Assembly (NCBI GenBank): GCA_964645545.1 | Contig: CAZXZR010000001.1 | Location: 27,526 to 91,525, forward strand | From: an uncultured Gammaproteobacteria bacterium | GTDB lineage: Bacteria > Patescibacteriota > Patescibacteriia > Patescibacteriales > UBA12465 | DNA length: 64,000 nt | Reading direction: 5' to 3' | In this document: positions 27,796 through 38,211 of the stretch, piece after piece | Layout: each line of letters begins with the position of its first letter | Numbering within the stretch: position 1 is the first letter of the stretch | Program-made: the position numbers and the translations under genes | Notes under the pieces: model-generated | Databases searched by the model: none | Told to the model about the DNA's origin: nothing | Seen by the model: only the letters and a program-made list of their open reading frames with translations

Positions 27796-28254
27796 CTATT
27801 TTTTCCTTCCGGTTTTAAGCTTAGCTTTCCTTTTGGCCATGGCTTTTTTCTTTTTCCCGCGGCCGGCGACCTTCTTTTCCCCTTCCCTGGCCTCATAATC
27901 CGCGATTGCCCGCCTTAAACCTTGGATGGCCATAATGGAGCAATGAATTTTCTGCTGGGGCAGACCGCCCAGTTCGGCCACGATTTTCTGCCAGGGATAT
28001 TTCTTCGCCGCGGCCAGACTCAAGCCTTTAATTTTCTCCGTCAGCACCGAAGCGGTGGCGATATTGGAGGCGCAGCCGAAGGACAAGAACTTCACGTCCT
28101 TAATGCGTCTTTTTTCTACTTTGAGAAAAAAATCCAGCTGATCACCGCAAATGGGGTTGCCGATTTGGGCATAGCCATCGGGACGAGTAAGACGACCGAT
28201 GTTTTTCGGATACCGGAAATTATGCAAAGTTTTCTTGCTATAATTAAGCGCCAT
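27796..28254 (-). CDS. iscU: Fe-S cluster scaffold protein (NifU/IscU N-terminal type) with a Lys-rich C-terminal tail.
   Basis: Conserved Cys-containing motifs GNPICGDQL, FGCASNIA and HCSIMA. Confidence 0.85.
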   Translation of the reverse strand: MALNYSKKTLHNFRYPKNIGRLTRPDGYAQIGNPICGDQLDFFLKVEKRRIKDVKFLSFGCASNIATASVLTEKIKGLSLAAAKKYPWQKIVAELGGLPQQKIHCSIMAIQGLRRAIADYEAREGEKKVAGRGKKKKAMAKRKAKLKTGRKK

Positions 28255-28307
28255 ATGGTTAAATAATGATTAAATTTAATTGGCGGCGTCTAAGCGCCTT
28301 TTATTCT

Positions 28308-29459
28308 TTATTTTATGGGCGTGAAACTGCGTAAACGCGCGATGCTTTTCTTCAAACAATCGACGGTGTAAGCAATTTCCGCGCGCGTATTAAATCGTCC
28401 CAAAGAAAAACGGATATTACTGTTTAAATTATTTTTATCCAGACCAATCGCCTTTAAAACATAAGAGGCTTTCAGGTCACTGGCCGAACAGGCCGAGCCG
28501 GTGGAAACGTAAACCCCTTGGCTGGATAAATCCAATAAAATTGCTTCCCCTTCCACAGAATGAAACATTAGGTTCAAGTTAGCGGCTACGCGGACGCTAA
28601 GCGAGCCGTTAACTTTAACGCGCGGGATTTCTTTCTTGACGCGCCTCCATAAATGATCACGTAAAGCCCGCACTTTTTGCAAATAAGCCTTTCTTTCTTT
28701 ATAAGCCAAATCCAGGGCGTAAGCCAGACCAATGATGCCAGGCAGGTTATAGGTGCCGGCGCGACGGCCGTCTTCCTGACCGCCGCCGACCAAAAGCGGT
28801 TTTAATTTTATATTCCGGTCAAGATAAGCCAGGCCAACGCCCTTCGGCCCGTAAAATTTATGCGCTGACAAACTTAAAGCGTCTAAACCCATTTTCTTCA
28901 CGTCCAGCTTCAAATAGGGCACGGCCTGGACGGCGTCAGTATGGAAATGGGCGCCGTATTGATGAGCGATTTTGGCTAAAGCGGCGATGTCTTGAATGGT
29001 ACCAATTTCATTATTGACGGCCATAACGGAAACCAAAATCGTTTTTTTATCAATCAGACGCTTTAAAGCGGCCGGCTTTATCAGGCCGAACTTGTCGGGC
29101 GCTATGAATTTTACGTTAAAGCCCTCTTGAGCCAATTCTCGGGCCGATTCCAAAATACAAGGGTGTTCAATGGCGGAAACGATGATTTTAGAACCGCGCT
29201 CGCGATTGGCGCGAGCTATGCCCTTGATAATTAAATTATTGGCCTCGGTGGCGCCGGAAGTGAAAATGACATTATCCGCGGCGCCGTTTATATTCTTAGC
29301 CACGATCTTTTTCGCTTTCTTTAACGCTGAAAAGGCCTCCTGACCCAAGGCGTGAATGGAGGATGCGTTAGCGTAATGTTCGCTAAAATATGGCTTAATT
29401 CTCGCCATCACCCGCGGATCCAGGCGAGTAGTGGCAGCATTGTCCAAATACACCTTCAT
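28308..29459 (-). CDS. iscS: Cysteine desulfurase (NifS/IscS class).
   Basis: VYLDNAATT and PLP-lysine SLSAHKFYGPKGVG. Confidence 0.88.
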   Translation of the reverse strand: MKVYLDNAATTRLDPRVMARIKPYFSEHYANASSIHALGQEAFSALKKAKKIVAKNINGAADNVIFTSGATEANNLIIKGIARANRERGSKIIVSAIEHPCILESARELAQEGFNVKFIAPDKFGLIKPAALKRLIDKKTILVSVMAVNNEIGTIQDIAALAKIAHQYGAHFHTDAVQAVPYLKLDVKKMGLDALSLSAHKFYGPKGVGLAYLDRNIKLKPLLVGGGQEDGRRAGTYNLPGIIGLAYALDLAYKERKAYLQKVRALRDHLWRRVKKEIPRVKVNGSLSVRVAANLNLMFHSVEGEAILLDLSSQGVYVSTGSACSASDLKASYVLKAIGLDKNNLNSNIRFSLGRFNTRAEIAYTVDCLKKSIARLRSFTPIK

Positions 29460-29550
29460 AGCTATATAAATCCACCTTTAAGAAAAAACGGATTTAATTT
29501 TATTTTATTAAGTCTTAATTATACTCTTAAGCTTACTCCTTGTCCAGATC

Positions 29551-30270
29551 TTAAGGTAATAATTCTATGCCGGTAATCGTGACGTCGCTTAGAGGATGGT
29601 CGTTGGCGTTGGTCGGGGTGGCCTCAATTTTTTTAACCACGTCCAGACCGTCAATGACTTCCCCGAAATTAGTATGTTTACCGTCCAGCCAGGGGGTGGA
29701 AGTGGCCGTGACGATGAAAAATTGCGAACCGTTGGTGTTTGCTCCGGCATTGGCCATGGCCAAACTGCCTAAAACCAATTTATGGCTATTAATTTCGTCT
29801 TGAAAAGCATAACCCGGTCCGCCTAAACCATCGTTAGCCCAGTCGTCGTCTTTACTGTTGGGATCGCCGCCTTGGATCATGAAGTCGCGGATAACGCGGT
29901 GAAATTTAGTCCCGTCGTAAAAATCGGCTTGAGCCAAATTCAAAAAATTATTGACCGTTAGGGGTGCGTCGGCATTATAAAACTTAACCTTGATGTCGCC
30001 TAAATTGGTTTTAATCAGGGCTTGGGAATATTGCGACAAAAGATCAAGCTGTTTATCGGGCGCGGGCATAAGGTTTTGGTTTTTAACCGCGGGCGTTTGC
30101 GCAGCCGTGGTGGCGCTAGCAGTCGTCTCCGAAAGGGACGCTGAAGCGGCCGTCTGGCTGTTCTCGGAATTAAAATTATTGCTTAAGGGCGCCGGTGTGA
30201 TCTTAAAAGCGCAGGCGCTGACGCCCAAAGCCACTACTACGAGCGCCAAAACAAAAAAGATTTTTTTCAT
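29551..30270 (-). CDS. ppiB: Cyclophilin-type peptidyl-prolyl isomerase, likely a lipoprotein. The start is probably MKKIFF at 30270; the ORF track extends to 30396.
   Basis: FHRVIRDFMIQGGDP and NGSQFFIVT. The signal peptide ends with lipobox VSAC. A Ser/Thr/Ala-rich linker follows. Confidence 0.82.
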   Translation of the reverse strand: MKKIFFVLALVVVALGVSACAFKITPAPLSNNFNSENSQTAASASLSETTASATTAAQTPAVKNQNLMPAPDKQLDLLSQYSQALIKTNLGDIKVKFYNADAPLTVNNFLNLAQADFYDGTKFHRVIRDFMIQGGDPNSKDDDWANDGLGGPGYAFQDEINSHKLVLGSLAMANAGANTNGSQFFIVTATSTPWLDGKHTNFGEVIDGLDVVKKIEATPTNANDHPLSDVTITGIELLP

Positions 30271-30340
30271 AAGTAAAATCTTAGCGAGAGCGCCGGATTG
30301 CCGGCCTTGGCCGCCCCCCGGCGCTTTATATATTATTTTA

Positions 30341-31816
30341 TTAAACTTTATATCTTTTTTTGATTTCCTTATCCTCGGCCTCCCTTTTTTCAGCAATGAC
30401 TTCCTTGGCTTTTCGGCGCAAATCTGCCAAAGCCAATTCGTTTAATTTGCGGGCGCGCTTCATTAAATAGTTTTTCACGTTCAAATCCGGATTGATTATA
30501 ACTTCGCTTAATAATACGTCTAAAAGAGCGCCGATCTTTGGCCCGGCCGGAATTTTTAAACCGTTCATTAAGTCATGCCCGTTTATTTTCAGCATTTTGA
30601 CCGAAACGGGATCGTTTTGCACCTTGGCCATCATATACTCAAGATGCCGCAGTTTATAGGGTAAAGCCTTAGGCGTACCCGAGCCCAGACGGTCGGCGAT
30701 TCTTAAATTAATTAAATCTTTGAGGTTTTCCCGACCAACTTTGCTAATCAACCGGCGCACCGAAGCGGCCGTCACTTCCCCGACGTTATAATAGAACATG
30801 TGATTTTTCACCAAATTAACCACGCGCCAGCGGTCTTCGTTGGCGAATTTCAGGCGCGTCATAATACGATCCACCATTTTCGCCCCGACATATTCATGGT
30901 TATAGAAAGTGGCAATGCCCTTAATGATTTTATAGGTCTTGGGCTTGGCAATATCATGTAAAAGAGCGGCCAAGCGCACCGGCCAAGCTGAACTGGGGCA
31001 ATGTTTTAAGGATAAAAGATTGTGATTAAAAACCGAATAAATGTGGTGACGCGACTGATCAACGCCGACGCCCCGCTCCAATTCCGGCAAGATATACTGT
31101 AAAAGCTTGGTTTCTTTCAAAAGCATTATGCCTTCAGCCGGCCGCGGCGAAGCGAGAATTTTTATTAATTCATCGCGAATTCTCTCTTTAGCCACAAATT
31201 TTAAACCGCCGGCCATTTTCACCATCGCCCGCTGGGTTTTCGGCTCCAAGGTGAAACCCAATTGCACGCTTAAGCGCACGGCGCGCATAAGGCGCAAAGC
31301 GTCTTCTTTAAAACGGTCGGCCGGTTCGCCGACAGCGCGAATAATTTTCGCCTTAATGTCCTTTTGCCCGCCGAAAAGATCAATAATTTCCTGGCCTTTG
31401 TTAAGACTTAAAGCCAGGGCGTTAATGGTAAAATCGCGGCGCTCCAAATCCTTTTCCAAATTGTCTTCAAAGCGGATCTGGTCGGGGTGACGGCGGTCGG
31501 AATAGCCTTGCTCGCTACGGTAAGTGGTGATTTCCACCGCTTCCTTCTCGCTGCCCTGCAACTCTTTCGGACCGGCAATGGCGGCTACCGGCAAAAGCAC
31601 GGTGCCGAAAACGTTCTCGTATTTGGCCCGAGGGAAAAGTCTTAAAATTTCCGCCGGTCGGGCCTTGGTAGTCACGTCCCAATCCTGCGGTTGTTGTCCC
31701 CTTAGTAAATCGCGCACACAACCGCCGACCACGTAAGCCTCGTAATCGGCGGCCGTTAAGGTGGCGATAATTTCGCGGATATAATCAGGGATCATTTGAC
31801 TGTAATCAGTAGCCAT
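30341..31816 (-). CDS. cca: CCA-adding tRNA nucleotidyltransferase with an HD domain.
   Basis: Pol-beta nucleotidyltransferase head GGCVRDLLRG...DWDVTT. HD motif LLHDIAKP. Confidence 0.82.
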   Translation of the reverse strand: MATDYSQMIPDYIREIIATLTAADYEAYVVGGCVRDLLRGQQPQDWDVTTKARPAEILRLFPRAKYENVFGTVLLPVAAIAGPKELQGSEKEAVEITTYRSEQGYSDRRHPDQIRFEDNLEKDLERRDFTINALALSLNKGQEIIDLFGGQKDIKAKIIRAVGEPADRFKEDALRLMRAVRLSVQLGFTLEPKTQRAMVKMAGGLKFVAKERIRDELIKILASPRPAEGIMLLKETKLLQYILPELERGVGVDQSRHHIYSVFNHNLLSLKHCPSSAWPVRLAALLHDIAKPKTYKIIKGIATFYNHEYVGAKMVDRIMTRLKFANEDRWRVVNLVKNHMFYYNVGEVTAASVRRLISKVGRENLKDLINLRIADRLGSGTPKALPYKLRHLEYMMAKVQNDPVSVKMLKINGHDLMNGLKIPAGPKIGALLDVLLSEVIINPDLNVKNYLMKRARKLNELALADLRRKAKEVIAEKREAEDKEIKKRYKV

Positions 31817-31842
31817 AAACGTTAAAATAGCGCTAATTAGCT

Positions 31843-33627
31843 CTAACGCCGCTCACGAAAAAAACTGAAAACCGGCCGTGGTACTTTACTAACCATAGTT
31901 ACCCCGGGCGCGCTCCGGCCTTTGTATTTGGTTAATAAAAGTTTTTTCGCCAGGCCCTTCTTTTTCACCCAATTATAATAGCTCATCATGGCCTCGTTTT
32001 CATGGGCGCGGCGCACGGTTTTTTTGGCGTCAATGGCGTAAAGTCCGGCCGCTCTTTGCCGGCGTATGGCCGCGGTCGTCGGCGGTTGGCCGCCCCCGCC
32101 CAAACAGCCGCCCGGACAAGCCATGACTTCCAAATAATGGTAGTCTTTAAAACGTAAACGAATTTTTTTTAATTGACCCAAACCGTTAACCACCCCTAGT
32201 TTTAAACGCCGGCCAGCCAATTTAACCGTTGCTTCCTTTAGGCCGCTTAAACCGCGCACGGCTTTAAATTCCAAAGGCAAGGAAATGGCCGTTTGCTTCT
32301 TCTTTTTGCCTTGGCCACCTTTTCCTTCCTTCGCCAGTAAATAAGCGGCTGTGCGCAGGGCCGATTCCATAACCCCGCCGGAAGCGCCGTAAATGGCGGC
32401 CGCGCCTGAACCGGCGTTAAACAATTTTTCGCCGGCCGTGTCCGGCAAACTTTTAAAATCTATTTTTCGTTTTTTCAATAAATAGGCGAGTTCACGCGTG
32501 GTTAAAACGTAATCCACCAAGGGCCGCCCCTTATATTTCAATTCCGGCCGGCCGGCTTCATATTTCTTGGCCGTACAGGGGACAATGGAAACGACGGCTA
32601 AACGCCGGCTGTTCAGACCTTGTTTTTTTGCCCAATAACTTTTTATGGCGCCGGCCAAATGCATATGCGGCGAACGGGCCGTCGTCAAATGCGGCAATAA
32701 TTCCGGGTGGTAAAATTCAGCATAAGCGACCCAACTGGGACAACAGGAAGTTGTCAAAGGGAAAACCGCCTTTTTATCTTTTAAGCGCCGGACCAACTCT
32801 TCCGCTTCTGTTAGCGTCGTAATGTCGGCGCCAAAATTAATGTCAAAAACGTGCTGGAAACCTAATTTTTTTAAGGCCGTATAGCATTTGCCGGTCGCGT
32901 CTTCGCCCGGCGGCAGGCCAAACTCTTCGCCTAAGGAAACGCGCACCGCCGGCGCCAACTGAGCCAGGGCCACCAGTTTTTTCTCTTTTAATAATTTTTC
33001 CACCGCCGGCCACTGAGCCTGTTCTTGGGCGGCAGCCACCGGGCAATGCAAGACACATTGGCCGCAATAGACGCAAGCGGCGCCGACTTCACGCCGGGGT
33101 TTAACTTCTTGGTCGCTGCCCGTACCAACTAAACGCAAATAATCAATAGCCTGCAAATCGCGGCAAACCGCGAGGCAATTCTGGCAATCAATGCATTGAC
33201 TGCCGTCTATTTCCACGGCGTTGGCGAAGCGATAAGTCTTGCGCCGGCTCTTGCGGTCAGAAAAACGATTAATTTTAATCTTATACTCCTTGGCCAAGCG
33301 CAAAAGTTCGCAATCGTAAATTAAAGAGCAGCTGGTGCATTTTTCCGCGTGCTCGGCGAAAAGTAATTCCAAGTTTAAACGGCGCGCCTTTTGGACGCGG
33401 GGGCTGTTGGTTAAAATAACCATGGCCTCCCGTGCTAAGGTTGAGCACGCCGTTAGCAAGTGTTTTTCCCCTTTTACTTCCACGACGCAAACCCGGCAAG
33501 TGGCTTTATTAACTAAATCCGGGTGATCGCATAAAGTCGGAATTTTAAAACCATGATCTTTTAAAACCGCTAAAATCGTTTGCCCGGGTTTGACGCTTAG
33601 GGTTCGACCGTTAACGCTTAAATTCAT
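31843..33627 (-). CDS. hydA: [FeFe]-hydrogenase catalytic subunit, CpI-like (M3 architecture: 2Fe-2S, two 4Fe-4S domains, H-cluster).
   Basis: H-cluster motifs TSCCPSW (L1), VPCTAKKYE (L2) and EVMACPGGCLGGGGQP (L3). N-terminal 2Fe-2S fold and two CxxCxxCxxxCP motifs. Confidence 0.88.
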   Translation of the reverse strand: MNLSVNGRTLSVKPGQTILAVLKDHGFKIPTLCDHPDLVNKATCRVCVVEVKGEKHLLTACSTLAREAMVILTNSPRVQKARRLNLELLFAEHAEKCTSCSLIYDCELLRLAKEYKIKINRFSDRKSRRKTYRFANAVEIDGSQCIDCQNCLAVCRDLQAIDYLRLVGTGSDQEVKPRREVGAACVYCGQCVLHCPVAAAQEQAQWPAVEKLLKEKKLVALAQLAPAVRVSLGEEFGLPPGEDATGKCYTALKKLGFQHVFDINFGADITTLTEAEELVRRLKDKKAVFPLTTSCCPSWVAYAEFYHPELLPHLTTARSPHMHLAGAIKSYWAKKQGLNSRRLAVVSIVPCTAKKYEAGRPELKYKGRPLVDYVLTTRELAYLLKKRKIDFKSLPDTAGEKLFNAGSGAAAIYGASGGVMESALRTAAYLLAKEGKGGQGKKKKQTAISLPLEFKAVRGLSGLKEATVKLAGRRLKLGVVNGLGQLKKIRLRFKDYHYLEVMACPGGCLGGGGQPPTTAAIRRQRAAGLYAIDAKKTVRRAHENEAMMSYYNWVKKKGLAKKLLLTKYKGRSAPGVTMVSKVPRPVFSFFRERR

Positions 33628-34364
33628 GCTGGTTTTATCTTAGCTAAATCTTTATAGATACGATACATGAACAAAAGAATAATCGGACCGAGTAAAAAGT
33701 TAATTACCTGGATAAGGCCGTTCCAAATCTGGTAAAAAACCCCGTTATAGCTGGCAAAAGACAAAGGAATGGCAATGACAACCATGACCGCCCAAAAAAT
33801 CAGGCCAACGACGATAAGGCGACCAAAAACCGGCCACCAATAATCGTTCACCAATTTTATACTCCGGCGAATGGCTTTTAAGCCGTATTTACCCTCAAAA
33901 AAGAAAACGTAAACCGCCAGACTGTAGAAAATGGCGTAAATTATGCCGGGAATAATTAAGAGCAGGCTCCATAAGGCCACAAAAACCGCCGTCATTAAAA
34001 CCAAACCGAGATAGGGCCAGAAGAGCGGCGCTGTTTCCTTGTAGGTGGTGGCTTCGTTGCCTTCAAAATTTTTCTTGACCACCAAAAACAAAGCCATATA
34101 GGCGCGGATGAAAAAATAGAGGGCGAAAGCGAAACCGACGATACTTATCAAAACCAGCCATAAATGCCAAATAAAACCCGGATTAGGACCAAGCAGGCCG
34201 CCCAGGCCGTAGAAAAACAAAACCACTAAAAGCGGAATGAGAGTGAAAAAGAAGCCGATCAGATAGACCATGATGAATTTTTTTAAATTTTTCCACCAGA
34301 TTTTGATCGCCTCTTCCAAGATGTCAAAAACTGGTGTGATTTTTTGTTTTTGAGCTTCGCTCAT
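33624..34364 (-). CDS. Polytopic membrane protein of unknown function (about 6 TM segments). Its stop overlaps the hydA start by 4 nt.
   Basis: Hydrophobic throughout. Sits between the nuoF-like gene and hydA. Confidence 0.55.
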   Translation of the reverse strand: MSEAQKQKITPVFDILEEAIKIWWKNLKKFIMVYLIGFFFTLIPLLVVLFFYGLGGLLGPNPGFIWHLWLVLISIVGFAFALYFFIRAYMALFLVVKKNFEGNEATTYKETAPLFWPYLGLVLMTAVFVALWSLLLIIPGIIYAIFYSLAVYVFFFEGKYGLKAIRRSIKLVNDYWWPVFGRLIVVGLIFWAVMVVIAIPLSFASYNGVFYQIWNGLIQVINFLLGPIILLFMYRIYKDLAKIKPA

Positions 34365-34374
34365 AAATTTAAGC

Positions 34375-35403
34375 TTAGTTTTTCAAAATATTTTTAAAAT
34401 AGCTTTTAACGGGCAGGGCTAAACTGGCGCCTAAAGGACAAAAAGACGAGTCAAATAAATTGTCCACGAGAGCGTCAAACAAAGACTGGTCAAAAGTCGG
34501 AGCCTTAATTAATTCCCATAAGCGATAAGTGCCCTCGCGGCAACTAGTACAATAGCCACAACTTTGTTCATGATAAAAATTTAGCCAATATTTAACCAAT
34601 TTTTCTTTTTTAGTTTTTTCGGCCTTGTAAACAATGACTGCGCCGGTGCTCGTTATTGGCCGCTCTAGTTGCTGGGCATTTAAAAATTCGCCGCACGCTT
34701 CCCCGCCCACCTGTACAAAAAATTTATACGGCGGATAATTGCCGGTCCGACGCAAAATTTCATTAATCGTTAAATCGGCCGGCAGAGCGTAAACGCCACG
34801 ATGGCGAAGAGCGCCGCCTAAGGTATAGAAACGTTCGCCCTGATATTTTCCCCGCGCCGCCAAGCTGACATCATAAAAAGTTTCCACATTACTAATTAAA
34901 GTCGGCCGGCCAAAAAGTCCGTGCTCGGTCGGATAAGGCGGTTTTAAACGCGGCCTGACGCCTTCGCCTTGTAAAAAATTCAACAAGGCCGTCTCTTCCC
35001 CGCTTAAATAACTTAAACTTTTCGGCTTAAATTTAAATATAACTTTCGGCGCCAAAACCTTAAATCTTTTGCTGACTAAAGCTTGTTTTAAATCGGCGCC
35101 GTAGTTCTGGTAGCAGTCGCGGGAAAGAAAAAAATATACTTCTTTTATTTTCTCTGGACCAAAAAATTGTTCGGCCCGATAAACGCCGTCTATAACCGCG
35201 CTTGGATAATGCCTAAGTATGAAAGCGTCCTTTTTCACGCCTGGTTCGCCCTCGCCGGCGTTGACAATAATGTAACCAATTTTCTTGCCTTTTAAAGCCC
35301 CCTTAACCGCCGCCCATTTACTGGCGGTTGGATAGGCGGCTCCGCCGCGGCCAACTAGGCCGGCGGCGGCGATTTTTTTCAAAATGTCAGTCGCTTTTGG
35401 CAT
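34375..35403 (-). CDS. NuoF/HndC-like NAD(P)H-binding flavoprotein (51-kDa subunit homolog, shortened to 342 aa).
   Basis: FMN site GRGGAAYPTASKW. NADH site GEETALLNFLQGEGVRPRLKPPYP. 4Fe-4S motif ESCGYCTSCREG. Confidence 0.8.
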   Translation of the reverse strand: MPKATDILKKIAAAGLVGRGGAAYPTASKWAAVKGALKGKKIGYIIVNAGEGEPGVKKDAFILRHYPSAVIDGVYRAEQFFGPEKIKEVYFFLSRDCYQNYGADLKQALVSKRFKVLAPKVIFKFKPKSLSYLSGEETALLNFLQGEGVRPRLKPPYPTEHGLFGRPTLISNVETFYDVSLAARGKYQGERFYTLGGALRHRGVYALPADLTINEILRRTGNYPPYKFFVQVGGEACGEFLNAQQLERPITSTGAVIVYKAEKTKKEKLVKYWLNFYHEQSCGYCTSCREGTYRLWELIKAPTFDQSLFDALVDNLFDSSFCPLGASLALPVKSYFKNILKN

Positions 35404-35424
35404 GCCAAAAATTAAAACTCGCCT

Positions 35425-36153
35425 TTAGCGCGCCGTCCAACCACCGTCAACCGTCAAAATCGCGCCAGTAACGTAACGGGCGGCGTCGCTAGCCAAATAC
35501 AAAGCTGCTTGGGCGATATCTTTAGCTTCCCCGACCCGGCCCAGAGGCGTATTCTCCAAAACCATTTTCTTAAAATTAGCCTCATTTAAATAATCCTTAG
35601 TCATGTTGGTGGCGATAATTCCGGGGCAGATGGCGTTAATCCTGATTCTATGGGGGGCGAGGTCCAAAGCCGCCGCTTTTGTCAGTTGTATAACCGCGCC
35701 CTTGGCCGTGCCATAGGCTAAGGAACCGACAAAACCGACCAAACCGGCGATGGAGCTAATATTAACGATCGCACCTTCTATCTTTTTCTCTTTCATGGCC
35801 CGGGCGGCTAACTGCGCCCCGTAAAAAACACCATTTAAATCAACGGCCAAGGTCTTCTCCCAAATCTCCGCGGTCGTTTCCAAAAGGCCGCCAGAGGAAG
35901 CGATGCCGGCGTTATTAACCATAATGTCCAGACGGCCGAATTTATCTAAAGCCGTCTTTATTAGATTTTCCACTTCCGCCTTTTTACTAACGTCGGCTTT
36001 AACGAAAACGGCCTTATCCGCCGCCAAAGCTATGCCGGGTTTAAGGTCGGCGTAAACGACTTTAGCGCCTTCGGCCACGAATAAATCGGCGATCGCCTGA
36101 CCAATGCCGCTAGAAGCGCCGGTAACAATGGCTATCTTATCTTTTAATTGCAT
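35425..36153 (-). CDS. Short-chain dehydrogenase/reductase (FabG-like).
   Basis: TGASSGIG, NNAG and YxxxK (YGTAKGAV). Confidence 0.85.
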   Translation of the reverse strand: MQLKDKIAIVTGASSGIGQAIADLFVAEGAKVVYADLKPGIALAADKAVFVKADVSKKAEVENLIKTALDKFGRLDIMVNNAGIASSGGLLETTAEIWEKTLAVDLNGVFYGAQLAARAMKEKKIEGAIVNISSIAGLVGFVGSLAYGTAKGAVIQLTKAAALDLAPHRIRINAICPGIIATNMTKDYLNEANFKKMVLENTPLGRVGEAKDIAQAALYLASDAARYVTGAILTVDGGWTAR

Positions 36154-36158
36154 AAAAT

Positions 36159-37169
36159 TTAAGTTAGTTTTCTTACTCTATCGGCTAATTCCGCCAAACG
36201 GTTGGCGTAGCCCCATTCATTGTCATACCAGGAAATGACTTTGAGAAAATCGCCGCCGATGAGCCGCGTATTGTTCAAGTCAATAATGGCGCTCTTGGCG
36301 TTGCCGATAATGTCGGTGGAAACCAATTCTTCCTTGGAGGCTTCCAAAATATTTTTTAAGGGGCCGCGAGCCGCTTTAAGGAAGGCGTGATTAACAGCGG
36401 CCACGCTCGTCTTTTTCTTTAAGACATAAACCGTGTCGCATAAGGAACCGATTGGCGTCGGCACGCGCACGGCCAAGCCGTCAAACTTACCTTTTAAAGC
36501 CGGGATAGTCAAAGTCGTGGCCAAAGCGGCGCCGGTGGTGGTGGGAATAATGTTTATCGCCGCCGCGCGCGCGCGCCGGAAATCTTTATGCGGTCCGTCC
36601 ACCAAATTTTGGTCGGCGGTATAGGAATGAACCGTGCTCATGAGGGCTTTTTTAATGCCGAAATTGTCCTTAACGACTTTCGTCACCGGCGCCAAACAAT
36701 TGGTCGTGCAGGAAGCGCAGGACAAAAGCCGATCGCTCTTTCTTAATTGCTTATCATTGACGCCCAAAACGATGGTTTTTACCCCTCCATCTTTGGCCGG
36801 CGCCGATAAAATGACTTTTTTCGCGCCCGCTTTTAAATGCGCCTTCAGCTCAATTTTAGTCCGAAAACGACCCGTACATTCCAAAACTAAGTCCACTTTT
36901 AAGGGCTGCCAAGGCAAGGCCAAGGGGTCTTTAATGGCTAAGACTGGCAAACGACGGCCGTTTATAATCAAAGCGTCTTTAGCGGCCGTGATTTTCTGGC
37001 GCGAAGCGCCGTAGCAGGAATCATGTTTTAATAAATAGGCTAAAGTGGCCGGATCCGTTAAATCGTTAATAGCCACGACTCTTATTTGCGGAAACTTAAG
37101 CCACATAGCCTTAAAGACGGCCCGGCCGATACGGCCAAAACCGTTAATGGCTAAATTAATTTTTTTCAT
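36159..37169 (-). CDS. gap: Glyceraldehyde-3-phosphate dehydrogenase.
   Basis: NGFGRIGR and active site ASCTTNCLAP. Confidence 0.9.
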   Translation of the reverse strand: MKKINLAINGFGRIGRAVFKAMWLKFPQIRVVAINDLTDPATLAYLLKHDSCYGASRQKITAAKDALIINGRRLPVLAIKDPLALPWQPLKVDLVLECTGRFRTKIELKAHLKAGAKKVILSAPAKDGGVKTIVLGVNDKQLRKSDRLLSCASCTTNCLAPVTKVVKDNFGIKKALMSTVHSYTADQNLVDGPHKDFRRARAAAINIIPTTTGAALATTLTIPALKGKFDGLAVRVPTPIGSLCDTVYVLKKKTSVAAVNHAFLKAARGPLKNILEASKEELVSTDIIGNAKSAIIDLNNTRLIGGDFLKVISWYDNEWGYANRLAELADRVRKLT

Positions 37170-37261
37170 AAAAAGTTTAAGAAATCTTAATTATTACCCT
37201 GACATTATATCATAATTTAAAGAAATATAAAAAAACCGCCCCCTAAGGAGCGGCCCGGCTT

Positions 37262-38182
37262 TTATTTTCTCTTTCTTTCTCTTTTTCTGTCTCGCCCCGG
37301 TTTGCTTTGGCCTTTTTCCTTCTTTTTCTCAATTTTTTTCTCGGCTTCTTTCTTCGGCCGCCGCTTAGGATCCACTTCTATAACTACGTCTTCCTCGCCC
37401 TCTTTTTCCCCCGCGATCTTAACGTCCAAAGTTTGCTTTAAAATATGGTGGCCAACAACGACGCCGCTGACGCCGTTAATATTCACGCGCGTACCCGGAG
37501 GCGCCAATTGGCCAGCCAATTCCTTGTAGCCTTCATACTCAAAGGAAAGACAACACATCAAACGACCGCACATGCCGGAGATGCGCTCGTTGCCGCGGTG
37601 GACAACCTGCTGGGCCTCGGCCATTTCCGAAGTGATGGAAGAGAATTCGCCTAAAAATTCCTGGCAACAGAGCCGGCGGCCGCAGGGCCCGCAATCGCCG
37701 GACAACTTGGCTTCGTCTCTGGTGCCAATCTGCGTCAAACGGATATTGGCGTTGAAATGGGCGACTAAATCTTTGACCAACTCGCGGAAATCAACCCGGC
37801 TGGCGGCGATAAAAGCGAAATTTAAACGGTTGCCGGCGAAAGAAAAATGCACGTCCACCAGCTTCATAGGTAAAGCATGCTTGGCGATTAATTGCCGGCA
37901 AACGGCCAGAGCCTTAGCCTTCCTTTGCCGGTCGGGTAATTTGGCGACATCTTCGTAATCGGCTTTTTTCAAAATCGGTTTCAATTCCCGCGTTTCCAAG
38001 CCGCTCATATCTGTAGTCAGGCTCTTCACGCACCCCAATTCCCGGCCCAATTCTGTTTCCACCAAAACATAATCACCGGCTTTTATGTCTAAATCGCCCA
38101 CGGAAAAGCTGTAGGCTTTATCCCAAGGAGCGAATTGTACCTTAGCAATAAACATGAAATTATAGCTTAGCCAACGATCCAA
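37262..38182 (-). CDS. PSP1-domain protein (RicT/YaaT-like) with a Lys-rich C-terminal tail. The start may be 38155.
   Basis: Cys motifs CGPCGRRLCCQ and CGRLMCC typical of the PSP1/YaaT family. Confidence 0.75.
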   Translation of the reverse strand: MDRWLSYNFMFIAKVQFAPWDKAYSFSVGDLDIKAGDYVLVETELGRELGCVKSLTTDMSGLETRELKPILKKADYEDVAKLPDRQRKAKALAVCRQLIAKHALPMKLVDVHFSFAGNRLNFAFIAASRVDFRELVKDLVAHFNANIRLTQIGTRDEAKLSGDCGPCGRRLCCQEFLGEFSSITSEMAEAQQVVHRGNERISGMCGRLMCCLSFEYEGYKELAGQLAPPGTRVNINGVSGVVVGHHILKQTLDVKIAGEKEGEEDVVIEVDPKRRPKKEAEKKIEKKKEKGQSKPGRDRKRERKRK

Positions 38183-38211
38183 AAGCCAGCCGCGCCAACC
38201 GGCGTGAAAAA

